Shown: in pieces, positions 1 through 10,900 of the stretch
Numbering within the stretch: the first letter of the stretch is position 1
Layout: the number at the start of each line of letters is the position of its first letter
NCBI GenBank assembly: GCA_964106645.2
Contig: OZ067039.1
Strand: one strand, 5' to 3'
DNA length: 64,000 bases
From: Podarcis pityusensis
Taxonomy: Eukaryota
Made by a program: the position numbers and the translations under genes
Notes under the pieces: model-generated
The model's input: the letters and a program-made list of their open reading frames with translations, nothing else
Database searches by the model: none
Told to the model about the DNA's origin: nothing

Positions 1-722
1 TGACAAGGCACCCAATGTTGTGTGAACTTCCTTCAAAATTTGTTTATGCTTATTTGTTTTACGCTGACTGCATGCAAAGTTTTAAATCAGGGCTGGCTGA
101 AAGCATGGTGCACTTTGAGACACTGCCTCTTCCATCAGCACGTTGAGCCCCATTGCTCCCCATGTGTGACCTAGCGAGTGCAAAAGCTTCTTAAGAATTT
201 CAGTGCAGTAAAGTTTAACACATTTAAAGTAGCACCCTCTGGGGCCGCAATGTCTCACTAAGAGAAAGAGCTCGCCATGTCTAATGAGAGCACTGGTTTA
301 AGCCTCAAGTGCCAAACCTACTGTAAAGAAAATCATGCACGCAGTGAAGGCGTACAACTGCAATGGAAGGCAGAAAAAATACTTCCAGATGGAAAGGAAG
401 CAACAGCGTACATATCTTTGCAGAAACAAGGATAGATGAAAATATATGGAAGTCTGTTCAAACTGAACCTTGGCTCAAGCACAATCATAGTGTTGATCTT
501 TAACTATATGGTAGAATGTTAAACTAGCCAGCCTATTTTATTGTTCCAGGTGAAACGAAAACACTCTAGATAGGTGGCTCTTTCATCCCTTCCTCATAGC
601 ATATGGCAAATATTTGTCCTACATCCAGCTTTATGTAGCAATTCACAGCCCGTAGTTCTTATGGATTGCCATTCTGTTGCTAAAAAACAGGAAAAGTTCC
701 ATGACAGATAGGTGCCACTTAC

Positions 723-841
723 ATGTATTTTGCCCTTGACAAAGGTAGTGATATCTTCTTCATTGTCAAAAATAGAAAGTGTCTGAAGCAGGTTATTTTC
801 TAGCCATTCCCAGTGTTTTGTTATTTCCTTACGCGATGAAC
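723..841 (-). CDS. TBC1D9B: TBC1D9B coding exon 3 (GSSRKEITKHWEWLENNLLQTLSIFDNEEDITTFVKGKIH); gene continues beyond the left edge
   Basis: Lies within ORF 594..863. tccttag| acceptor, |gtaagt donor, 119 nt. Confidence 0.95.
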
Positions 842-884
842 CTAAGGAGAAATTCAGAAACAATCAGATAACAGCTACTATAAG

Positions 885-1500
885 GAGCAGGTCAATAGTT
901 TGGGGGTTCTCTTGGATCCACTACTATCACTGGGGACAGAAGCATGGAGTGTCTTCTACCAGCTTTTGGCTTGGCAGTCTAGCTATGTTCCTTCCATGGA
1001 AAGGGATAATCCAGTGTCAGTAATCTGTAATCTAGAAACCTCTAGATTAGATTACTACAATGTGGTATATGTGGGGCTGCCTCTGACGATGGCTAGGAAA
1101 CTGCAGCTGGTGCATAATGCAGCAGCGAGGCTGCTGACGCACATGTAGCTATCTGACCACATCACCAGTTCTGGCAAAATGACAGTGGCTACATATATTT
1201 TTTGAAGCTCAATTCAAAGTGCTGGTTTTAACATACAAAGCCATATACAGGTCAAGACACCAATATCTAACAGAACACATCTCCTGATTGGAACATACCG
1301 GTACATACTGCATCTGAAGCTTTTCTCCAGGTGCCCTCTATGAGAAAGGTTCAGTGAGTGGTGACAAGGGAGCAGGCATTTCAATTACCCTCCCTCCAAT
1401 TTATTGAATGCTCTCTTCTGTAAAGCCTGCCTGGCACCAGCATCAACATCCTTTTAGCACCAGGGTAAGACAAACTCTTCTCCCAGATTTTTTGAAGGAT
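885..1500 (+). mobile_element. L2-clade LINE ORF2 3' fragment (degenerate)
   Basis: LGVLLD...SRLDYYN..YVGLP...KLQLVHNAAARLLT is the typical L2/CR1-group post-RT motif. Confidence 0.85.
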
Positions 1501-1866
1501 TATGGTAATCATGCTTCCTGCCATTTCTCTGTCTGTATTTTTGGGGTGGGGTGGGAGGCGTTGTTCTTTTATGGTTTAACTGTAACTTCGCCACTTAAAA
1601 GCAAACTTCAACCTTCTATTCCTTATATTTAATACTTTCTACTACTGGTTAAATTAGATAGCCAGTATTTACTTAATATACCTCTGCTAGCTCCCTGCCA
1701 GCCCACCCTCTACTTCACACAAATTTGCTTGCTATCAGCCAATTGGTTTTGAACAGATCCTGGACAATGAGGTTTTTTTTCTACTCCACCTGATACAATT
1801 ATAGAATATTGGATTAAAACTTTGAGTAAAATGGCCATAATCCAGATTTGCAACCATGGTCTACAT

Positions 1867-2114
1867 CGGGGTAGGCAACCTAAGGCCCAGGGGCTGGATG
1901 CGGCCCAATCGCCTTCTCAATCCCACGGACGGTCCGGGAATCAGCGTGTTTTTGCATGAGTAGAATGTATCCTTTTATTTAAAATGCATCTCTGGGTTAT
2001 TTGTGGGGCATAGGAATTCATTCATTATTATTTTTTTCAAAATATAGTCCGGCCCCCCACATGGTCTGAGGGACGGTGGACCGGCCCATGGCTGAAAAAG
2101 GTTGTTGACCCCTG
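1867..2114. mobile_element. hAT-type MITE with 8-bp TSD gtctacat
   Basis: TIRs C(A)GGGGTAGGCAAC / GTTGTTGACCCCTG. TSD at 1859-1866 and 2115-2122. Confidence 0.85.
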
Positions 2115-2291
2115 GTCTACATGTACACCCAGATTTTTCTAAACTTTTCAGAATGTGCCTCTGAAGAGCACTTGAACTGCTCAAAAATCCTTTTGAGGAT
2201 ATTGTAGTTAAAGAGCATTTAAAAGCTGGCTGTGGGGGACAGCAATCATACACTGGCAGAATTTATTTGTTATAGAATGGTATTTACTCAC

Positions 2292-2402
2292 CACATGCCA
2301 CTGCCCAATAGATTTGAGAATCCTGTGTCTGATGTAAAATTCTGTAAGGAGCAACCCTAGCACTTGAGTCCAAAACCACATCCAAGGTTCCCACAAGTAG
2401 CC
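2292..2402 (-). CDS. TBC1D9B: TBC1D9B coding exon 2 ([38 protein letters not shown])
   Basis: Manual translation: cttcttag| acceptor, |gtgagt donor, 111 nt, phase 1-1, in frame with exons 1 and 3. Confidence 0.95.
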
Positions 2403-2529
2403 CTAAGAAGACCAAGATGCAGAGAGAAACATAATGAATATGATCTGAGCAAATGAGAGAGTGAAATAAATGGTGGGATGATTTAAAATAAAGTGTTTAT
2501 TGATACAAAAGTTTATAAAGGATGTGAGA

Positions 2530-2870
2530 TCCCAAGAAGGGTCTACTGAATCAGACAAAAGGCCCATCTAGTCCAACATTCTTCTTAAGAGTGCCTAAGC
2601 AGATGCCCAAGGGAAGCCTGCAAACAGGACCTAAGCACTACAGCATTCATCCCACCTGTCATGAACGGCAACTGGTATTCAGGGCATACTGTCTCCAACA
2701 GTTTCACTGGATGTCTCTGAGTTCCAGTATTATGAGGGAGGAATAAAAAAACTCTGTGTTCACCTTCTCTACACCATGCATAATTTTATACACCCCTATC
2801 ATGCTGCCTTTTCTCTGAACCGAAGTCCCAAATGTTGTAACCTCTCCTCTTAGGGGAGTTGTTCCATCAT
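2530..2870 (-). mobile_element. CR1 LINE 3' fragment (another at ~14900-15070, +)
   Basis: GGCCCATCTAGTCCAACATT and ATAATTTTATACACC..TATCATG motifs of reverse-oriented CR1 ends. Confidence 0.6.
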
Positions 2871-4817
2871 CCCCATGGTCATCTTAGGTTGTTTAAGCCA
2901 CCCCACTTTTAAAAAACACACACACAGATAAAGCAACTGTCTGAAATGCTTGGTTCAGACACAATGCCAAACCATGCCCCTTGTGCATGGGCAAATTCCA
3001 CTTTCTTTTTGGGGTTGTGCCAAATCATATTTGCCTAGTTGTCCAAACTATTGTTTGTGCTTTCCCTTCAAACCAAAATTGGTAATAACAAAGGTCAATC
3101 CACAAAGGCCAAGCACAAACCACACTTTGCACATTAAGGAGAGACTGAGGTTTCACAAACATTTGAAAAGCAGAGTCACTAAAACAATGCATTCTTAACA
3201 GGGAAAGGAACACTGAGGCACAACAGCTGAAGGAGAACTGAAATTTATACATCATCAAAACTGGGTTTAATGCAGTGTTAGAATAGCATACTTGAAGCTT
3301 CTTCGCAAATGCCTTCAGAATGCTATAAGCAGTAATGTTATTTACTATTTTACAGAGTGTTAGGCCTGTTGCACATTTTCTGAGTGGACAAAGACTAGAG
3401 AGAATTATGTGATGGTGAGTGGGTGCAGAATTATACTGACAGTATATCATTGCCAATGAAATATTGAAGGAAGTTAAGCTAATGCATTAGCTTTCCAATT
3501 GGCACTGTGTACCTGAAAAGAAGTTGTAGTCTCCAAGAGCAGCTGAGAACGTCCTCTTAAATATACTTTGTATATACCACGTCCAAACAACAGAGACGTG
3601 CGTGTAGGGAGGCACTCTCAGTGATGCATCCCTTTAGAACTAGAACTCTCTTCCTTTAGGGATTTACTAATTTCATATCCTGAGTATCTTCCATAAATGA
3701 TGCAGGGCATTCCTATTTGTGTCATTTAGTTGTGGGGAGGGGTAAGACAACAAATAACTGCTTGTTTTCCCAAGATGATAAAACTAGGTTTTACAAAGTA
3801 TGCAAGATCTGTATATTTAATCTATGATTTTTTTATATATAATTCAGATTTGTTGAGGATCGTTAGAAGTTATTTTCAATATGGTAAATTATAAATTTAT
3901 TAATTTATAAAGATGCTCAGGCCACCCCAAAAGTTTAAACTTGACACAAACAATCTAAAAAATTTGAGTAGTTTGCATTTCAAGGCCATTTCTGTTCCAA
4001 TTTTCTCTTTCAGTCTCTCTCACACACCCTACCCAAATGATACCATGCATCTGGTTAAGTACACAAAAGCTTATGCCATAAGAAATCACATACAGATGCA
4101 ACAATAGACTTTTATGTTTTTACTGGAACATGACAACCTTATAGGTGTATTTCAAAATGTTCACAGTATTGCTAGACCACCCACAAAGCTGAAATCTAGT
4201 GCATGTGTAGCCAAAGATACAATTCTTCCTAGATAGCTTGTCCAAACTCTGGACATGATGTTTACTTCATAATAGAGGCCTTTCTCTGTGCATTCCAGCA
4301 CAGAGCAAGCCAAGGTATACCTGTGGCAGAATGCTGGGCTACAGGAGTTCTGTTGTGTTGTCCAGCTTGGGGAGGGGCAACTTTCTGTAACAGCCAAGAG
4401 TATGTACATAAACTTACAGAGTGCAAGTTTCATTTGCTTGTAAAATAAACAAAGAATGCCAATGCATAAACCAGTGATTTAAATTTGGCAACAAATACAA
4501 ACCTGGCTGTGATAAACTCCCCTTAGGACTTCCTAAGTAGGGCCAGCCCCTGCTGCAAGCTCCAAGCACGAGCTCCTGAAGAGGAGGGTGTTGTTGTTGT
4601 TTTTAATGTGTTTGCAATTTTACAAAGAAAAAGAAAATGCTATCAAAGTCCCTTTACACTGTAGATGCTGACTGCATACGGAATACTCTCCAATTTCTTA
4701 ACTGTGGTTAAGAGATTCAAGGCATTCCACAAGCATTCTTTCTTTCTTTCCAGAATATATTAAAATTTTAACAAAATGACGTGGACACTGGGGAGGGAAG
4801 ACTTTTGTTGTTCATTA

Positions 4818-4846
4818 CTTCTTCTTTTTCTTCTTCTTCTTCTTAC

Positions 4847-4876
<30 letters not shown>
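4818..4876. repeat. Compound (CTT)n(TTA)n microsatellite
   Basis: Seen directly. Confidence 0.95.
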
Positions 4877-4877
<1 letters not shown>

Positions 4878-4890
4878 CAGCACATTATCA

Positions 4891-5246
4891 GGGACGCGGG
4901 TGGCACTGTGATCTAAATTACAGAACCTAGGGCTTGCCGATCGGAAGATCAGCAGTTTGAATCCCAGTGACAGGGTGAGCTCTCGTTTTTCAGTCCCAGC
5001 TCCTGCCCACCTAGCAGTTCGAAAGCATGCAGTGCAAGTAGATAAATAGGTACCGCTCCGGCGGGAAGGTAAATGGCTTTTCCGTACGCTGCTCTGGTTC
5101 GCCAGAAGTGGCTTAGTCATGCTGGCCACATGACCTGGAAGCTGTCTGCGGACAAAGACAGGCTCCCTTGGCCTATAGAGCGAGAGGAACGCACAACCCC
5201 AAAGTCATCTGCAACTGGACCTAATGGTCCGGGGTACCTTTACCTT
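4891..5246 (+). mobile_element. Sauria SINE (tRNA-derived head, Bov-B/RTE-related tail)
   Basis: GGGACGCGGGTGGC head with A/B-box-like elements and an ACCTTT tail. Highly similar to the copy at 44677. Confidence 0.88.
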
Positions 5247-7099
5247 ATGCCCGTAGATCTCAGGGCGGTTCGCAGCACATTATCAGTGATGTCACAGACT
5301 CTGTTTAAAATGTGTTATGGACACTTCTGTAATTAACTAGTGAACTGAAACCAGAGGAGGGAGGGAAATCACATGTTCTCAGGAGCAAAACTATTCTGAG
5401 TGCTAGGCAAAATGTATTTCCTGAATGGCAACCTTATTTTAATAAATCTTTTTATAACAAATAATCATTATACATGCACTACTTTTCTAAATGGATAGAT
5501 AGTCTGTCTGGAGAGATAAACTGGGATCTTTTAAAACACTGTTTGAGAAAACAACACACACATGTATATGAACATTTTCTCCTAATAAAAGAAATGTTAG
5601 CATTTTATTGCCACATTACCAGTGAATGTTTTTGGCTTAATCTCTCTTTCTATATTAAGAGGCCTGTATGCGGTCTGTATACATATATGTGGGAATTTGC
5701 AATGCTTGAAGCACTTATGATATGAGGGAAAGAACCTGATGAAATATCCCTTCTTATGCAAAGTACTGTAAAGGAACCCAGCTTCACGCTAGGGAGATAG
5801 CAGCTGAAATACCTGAAATACCACTATATATAAGCATTTTGCAGACTTTTGCAAGATTTGCAGCTGCAAAGATACAGCTGCCACATACATATCATGTGTG
5901 TAAGATCACTAGCTTCTTCTGCCCATATCAAACAAATTACCAGATCCAAGCATATTCAACAAGCAAAATCCACAATTAGGCATGAAAATGACCAAGGCTA
6001 CAGATCTAAGTTAGCTGAACTTAGGTACCACTGAAATCTGTGGGATAAATGACTTATTGATTCAACAACCAACACAGCGCAAACTGTATTACTCAGAAGT
6101 AAGTCACACTGAGTTCAATGGGGCTTACTGTTAGGTAAGTGGATATAGGACTGCAGTCTTAGTCTGGACCCAATCTATTGTCTGCACTGTCCTATGGAGA
6201 TTAACTTTTGTTGAGGCAAATGAAATGATAACACAAGAAAGTATACTTTTGCAGGAAGACTGTGACAGAAAACAACACCACAGCAATGCCATTCCTATGT
6301 TTACATAGGCAACACTTACTGTCTTGGAACCAAATTTATCTATAATACAAATACATGCTAAACAGATGTGCAGCAATTCACAGAGCTGCTCTGCATTGGG
6401 CCTTCAAGAATCTGCAGTGCAGATGTACTGCATATAGCGTGAATAAATTCAGCTTGTCTCTGGGAGCCAAGCGAATGAGTTGGTATGCTACTGGCATACG
6501 GGGATTTTACTTTAAAGTAGCTTTTATTGTTTAAAACTACCACAAATGTTACAAGTGTAATACTAAGCTGCTGAAATAATGTGGATTAGAGTGTCAGCCT
6601 CTAAAAAGCAAAATAATTGGCTCCCTTGTTTACACTGAAATCCTTTAAAACTGTGCACATATCCTACAAAGCTCTAAAGTAAAATGTTTCAATACCGACA
6701 TATTATTTACCAAATGAAAATATACAAGTGATGTATTAATCAAAAAAAGCCTCTCAACAATGTTTTTCGTTTGTTTGTTTCCTCCCCACATCAGACGTTG
6801 CGAAACTCCACAGAGCCCCTCCTCTGTATTTCATTGGCACACACGGGAGGGGCACCTTCAAATATACATATTTACGGGGCACGCATCCCCCAAATTTCAC
6901 CTGTGTTGGTGGCTGGGGCGGGGCGGGGCAGGATCACAAGTCAAGAAGAGCCTGCTGATTTGAAAGCCTTGGGCGAAAGGGGAAACCAGTGTCGGTGCTT
7001 TTGCGCACAGGCACCTTCACCCAGGGCAGGACCAAACCCTTTCAGCACCCAGAAGCATCCTCTCTGGTCCACCTGGAGAAAGGGTGGGGAGGTAGAGAC

Positions 7100-7900
7100 A
7101 CCCACGGGCAACGGGCGATGTCACTAGCCAACTACTTGGCTGGGGGGGGGGCACTGGACCTGACACCCGCAAGCCGCAGCGGCCCTGGGCGAAGAGGCCC
7201 GGCTCCCTGTGCGTTTTAAAGCGAGGGATGAGGGGCAGCTTGCGGCTGCGAAGGCGCTTTCGGGCGCTGCCCTGACAGGGCCCATTCTCTCCCCGAGAGG
7301 CCTTCCCAGCAGCGCCTCTGCTGCCCGCGAGGCCCCGGGCGGCGGCGGCGGCCGACGGACTCCCCTCTTCCAACTCCTCCTCGCCCAGCTGGCGATCGGC
7401 GGCTCCACTCACCCGTCAGGCCGCCCCCCTTGCCGTGGCCCCGCCGCCGCTGCAGGAGGAAGAAGGGGTTGGCCCGCTCCGTCACCCACAGCGCGTTGGC
7501 CAGCAGCACCTCCTCCGGGCCCAGCCACATAGCGGGGCCGTTGCCGCTGCGGCGCCACTGCCGCCGCCGCCGCCACCCGGGCACACTCCGCCGTCTCCGA
7601 ACCGGGGCCGGCCCGACAGTCACAGGTGGGTCACGGGGGCTACGCACGTCGCGGACCGAGCCCGGAGGAGCTGTTGTCTGCCTACTGCGCCCTCTAGCGG
7701 CGTGGCTGGCGCACCGCGGCGCAGGGAAAACGGCCATTTTTGTCGTCGTCGTCTTCCCGCTCAGTGCGAGGCTGAGCCGAGTCCAGCCTCTTCTCAAGCC
7801 GCCTAAAACCACGACGGTCGTCGCCCTGTGGCTACACGGTCCTACGCACACATTTGGGAAGTGGGGGTGCATTGCTGCTATACCCGTTCGACCTGGGAGT
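7100..7900 (-). promoter_or_regulatory. CpG island / TBC1D9B promoter with a CTCF-like motif (GCCGCTAGAGGGCGCAG on minus, ~7685-7701) and a YY1-like AAAATGGCCG (7731-7740)
   Basis: Very GC- and CpG-rich block overlapping exon 1. Motifs read by eye against known consensus sequences. Confidence 0.8.
7413..7530 (-). CDS. TBC1D9B: TBC1D9B coding exon 1 ([40 protein letters not shown])
   Basis: Peptide matches the conserved TBC1D8/9/9B N-terminus. ATG at 7530, 118 nt, donor G|GTGAGT at 7412. Adjacency to RNF130 favours 9B over its paralogs. Confidence 0.93.
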
Positions 7901-10900
7901 AACACCCCCCCCTCTGAAGTCAGTGAGGCCTTCTCATGAGGAGACCTGTCAGGAGTGGCACCGTCAATCCCGTCGCACCTGGCGAGACTTGGAGTGTGTC
8001 ATGCGGTGGGCAAAGCTGTGTGACCCCGCAGAGAAAGGCCCTCGCCATCCGGATATTTCAGTTTTTGCAGCTTGGAACCTGGGCCTTAAAAAAAAAATAA
8101 TCCCGTTTTTGAGTTTGGGCTTAACCTAGTGAGGCTTTTTGGAGACCCGCCTGCCCTGTTAGCTGCTTAGGAACCAATGCCCTGCTTTTTCTAATGTCAT
8201 GGACGCACCAGGGCTAAGCTCAGCTGTTTTGCTACATGAGAGGAAGGGCAAGATGGTCCCAGCCCCAGCTCCATGTCCAGGCTGGAAGAGTTCGCTGTTG
8301 GCAGAGGCGCAGTTCAATGGCCCTAAGCAGCAAGACTCGGGAGGATACAGGACAGCTTACCTGGCACATCAAGAATGCAGCCCTGCAAATACACTGCTGT
8401 TTCTCCCTAACCCCAGTTGGGGTCTCCGCCTCAATCTGCTAATGGCAGGACCAGCGCTGAGTATCATACGCAACCCCAGTCATTTCTTCACATGATAATA
8501 GGAACCCACTTTTAAACCAGTCTTCTGACACCTGAGAATGTCCCATCCCCATTTCACACTGCTGAAGGTCCCGCTCCAGCAGTGCATGCCAAATCCATTT
8601 GTTGTTCAGCAGGCTTGTGCTGCACTGTTTTTTAAAGGACAGGAAGATGTTGGTTCTTTGGGTTAAAGGTATTTTAGAAAACATTGTCATTCCACAAGGA
8701 GCTCAACATGGGCCTCAGCCATCTGAAATAGTAGGTAATGCATGTGTAGAACCTCACTGCTTGTGGGCATGCATTTACAAGGATAAAAACATGAGACCAC
8801 TTAGTAGTAAGTGGCACTGAACTCAATGGGACTTAATTCTGAGTAGGTATGTCAGATTGTGCCATCAAGGGTGGTGGTGGATGGAACTTCTAGAGATCCT
8901 GGACATGGAGTTGAGCATCTGAAAAGAGCTATCAACTCATGCTAACAAAAATATTTTAAAAAGATGTTATGAATATCTGAAAGGCAGAAATAAGTGGTTT
9001 ATAAGGAACTGGTATCAGAAAATCAGAACCATCCTTGGTTAAATAGAGGCAATTAGAGCATATGGAATCACAACTGGAAGGAAAGCAGTCATCTTTCTAT
9101 AATCAGGCTAAAAATAATCACAAATCATCTGACTAAGGAGCTGGAAAGGGTACAGGAAATAGTTGTAGAATAGGGCCATCACCTCTTTGCCTGGGCCCCT
9201 GCTCCTTTAACAGTAATAATAGGAATTAAAGGCCCAGCAAACAACAGAGACAATGCTGCTCTAGAATAATGTCTCATACACCTGAGCTTCATGTGTTCAA
9301 AACCTGGGAAGGCAAAATGAATAAATATTCCCAGAGGCACAAGGCAATCTGATCTGAGGGAAAATTCCTTCTTGACCACAAATACAGCACCATTGCCACT
9401 TGAGCTCATTCACTGCCGCAGGCAGCATTTAGGTTTTGGCACACTACAACAAAAAGCACTGTGTGGTGGTGTGCTAGTTTGGCACTGCCCAAAACTAATC
9501 ACATGGCTGGCTTGAGAACTGGAAAACACCAGGTTTCATTTAGCAATGAAGACAGGGCTAAAATGAAAGTTGATTCAATCCAATGACCTGTCTGTGACCA
9601 TCTTTGATGTGCCAGCACCCCTCCCACCACTGCATAAATAAATAAATATTATAGAGGACGCACTCATGGAACAGGAAGGTACCTTTTCCCTCACCACCAC
9701 TGCTCTGACAGCAAGAAGCTGTTGTTGCAATCATCCCCATCAGTAGCATGGGCAGCTAAATAATAATAAATAGTAATAATAATAAAGGGCTAGCATGGTT
9801 TGTGCTGAATTAGAGTCAATGTCTGATGCCATATGAGAAGCAATTCCCTGCTGAACAACTGAGGCGACAGATTCTTTTACCACATTACCTGTTTTAGAGC
9901 ACTGCAATATCTATTAATAAGTTCTCATTCTTCTGAATGCAATAGCACCTACACAGTTACTTCTCCACAACATTCCTGAGCTGCAACAACCAATTTTGTT
10001 TTAGTGCTTATTACAATTCTTGAAGCACAAAGGATTGCTCACCTTGTTGTTTTTCTGAAGCTAACTTACAAAAGGCATGGATAAATCTTCTGAAATGCCT
10101 AGTGTTCACTTAAATGTCTCTCTGCCAGAATGACTGCATTTGTCAGGGCAATTCACAAAACAAAGCAGTAGATGGATTAAACAACTCCCTTGAGATGCAC
10201 TAAACTAAAGCTATTCACTATCCCTGATAAAATAGGAGAAAACATTTAAATTATATTCTATGTTGCATATTGGCAAAAGCCACAAATCTTGGGCTTAATA
10301 TGCAGTCCTGTTCCTATCTCTAGCTATGCAGTACCAGAATTGGTCTCTTTCTGCCCTCTGCCCTTTTCCTGAATAAATATTAGCTGCCATTTGTTTTAAG
10401 CCTACTGAGACAATTACTGCATGACATAGATGCACTGGTTCCAATTTGCTTCTGAGCTCAATTCAAAGTGTTGGTGATTCCCGTTAAAGTCCTAAACTGC
10501 TTAGGTATGAGATACCTTAGGTCAGAGGTTCCCAACTCACCCCACCCTCCATGGAACACTTAAAATATTGCTAAATAGGGTCTTAGCGGACCATTTAATA
10601 ATTCTATTGTAACAATTGTAATGCAGTGTGCTAGATGTGCTAAATTTCATTGCTTCTTTTATTTTAATTTTAGTGTATTACCATTTTAATTCCATAGAAT
10701 TAAAATATTTACAATAAATATTAATATTAATATTAAAATCAAATTAATGGCTGTGCCATCTCCAGTCTTCAGCCACAAATCCACAGACATGCCTGAATGA
10801 GGCTCATAGACCACTAGTGGTCTATAGACAAGAGTTAGACCTTAAGATTTAGGATTGCTCCTTCTTCCTATATTATCTTGCCTTACTATTCTTCTTAACT

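Noticed and set aside
900-1148. Possible nested gene in the TBC1D9B intron
   Set aside because: A degenerate L2 ORF2 fragment; the 47284-47706 ORF is likewise RTE-derived.
4815-5336. ORFs ending in poly-N/poly-K and overlapping plus-strand ORFs
   Set aside because: Translations of a Sauria SINE and a microsatellite.
7017-7939. Multiple overlapping ORFs around TBC1D9B exon 1
   Set aside because: CpG-island artefacts. Only 7530-7413 matches a known protein.
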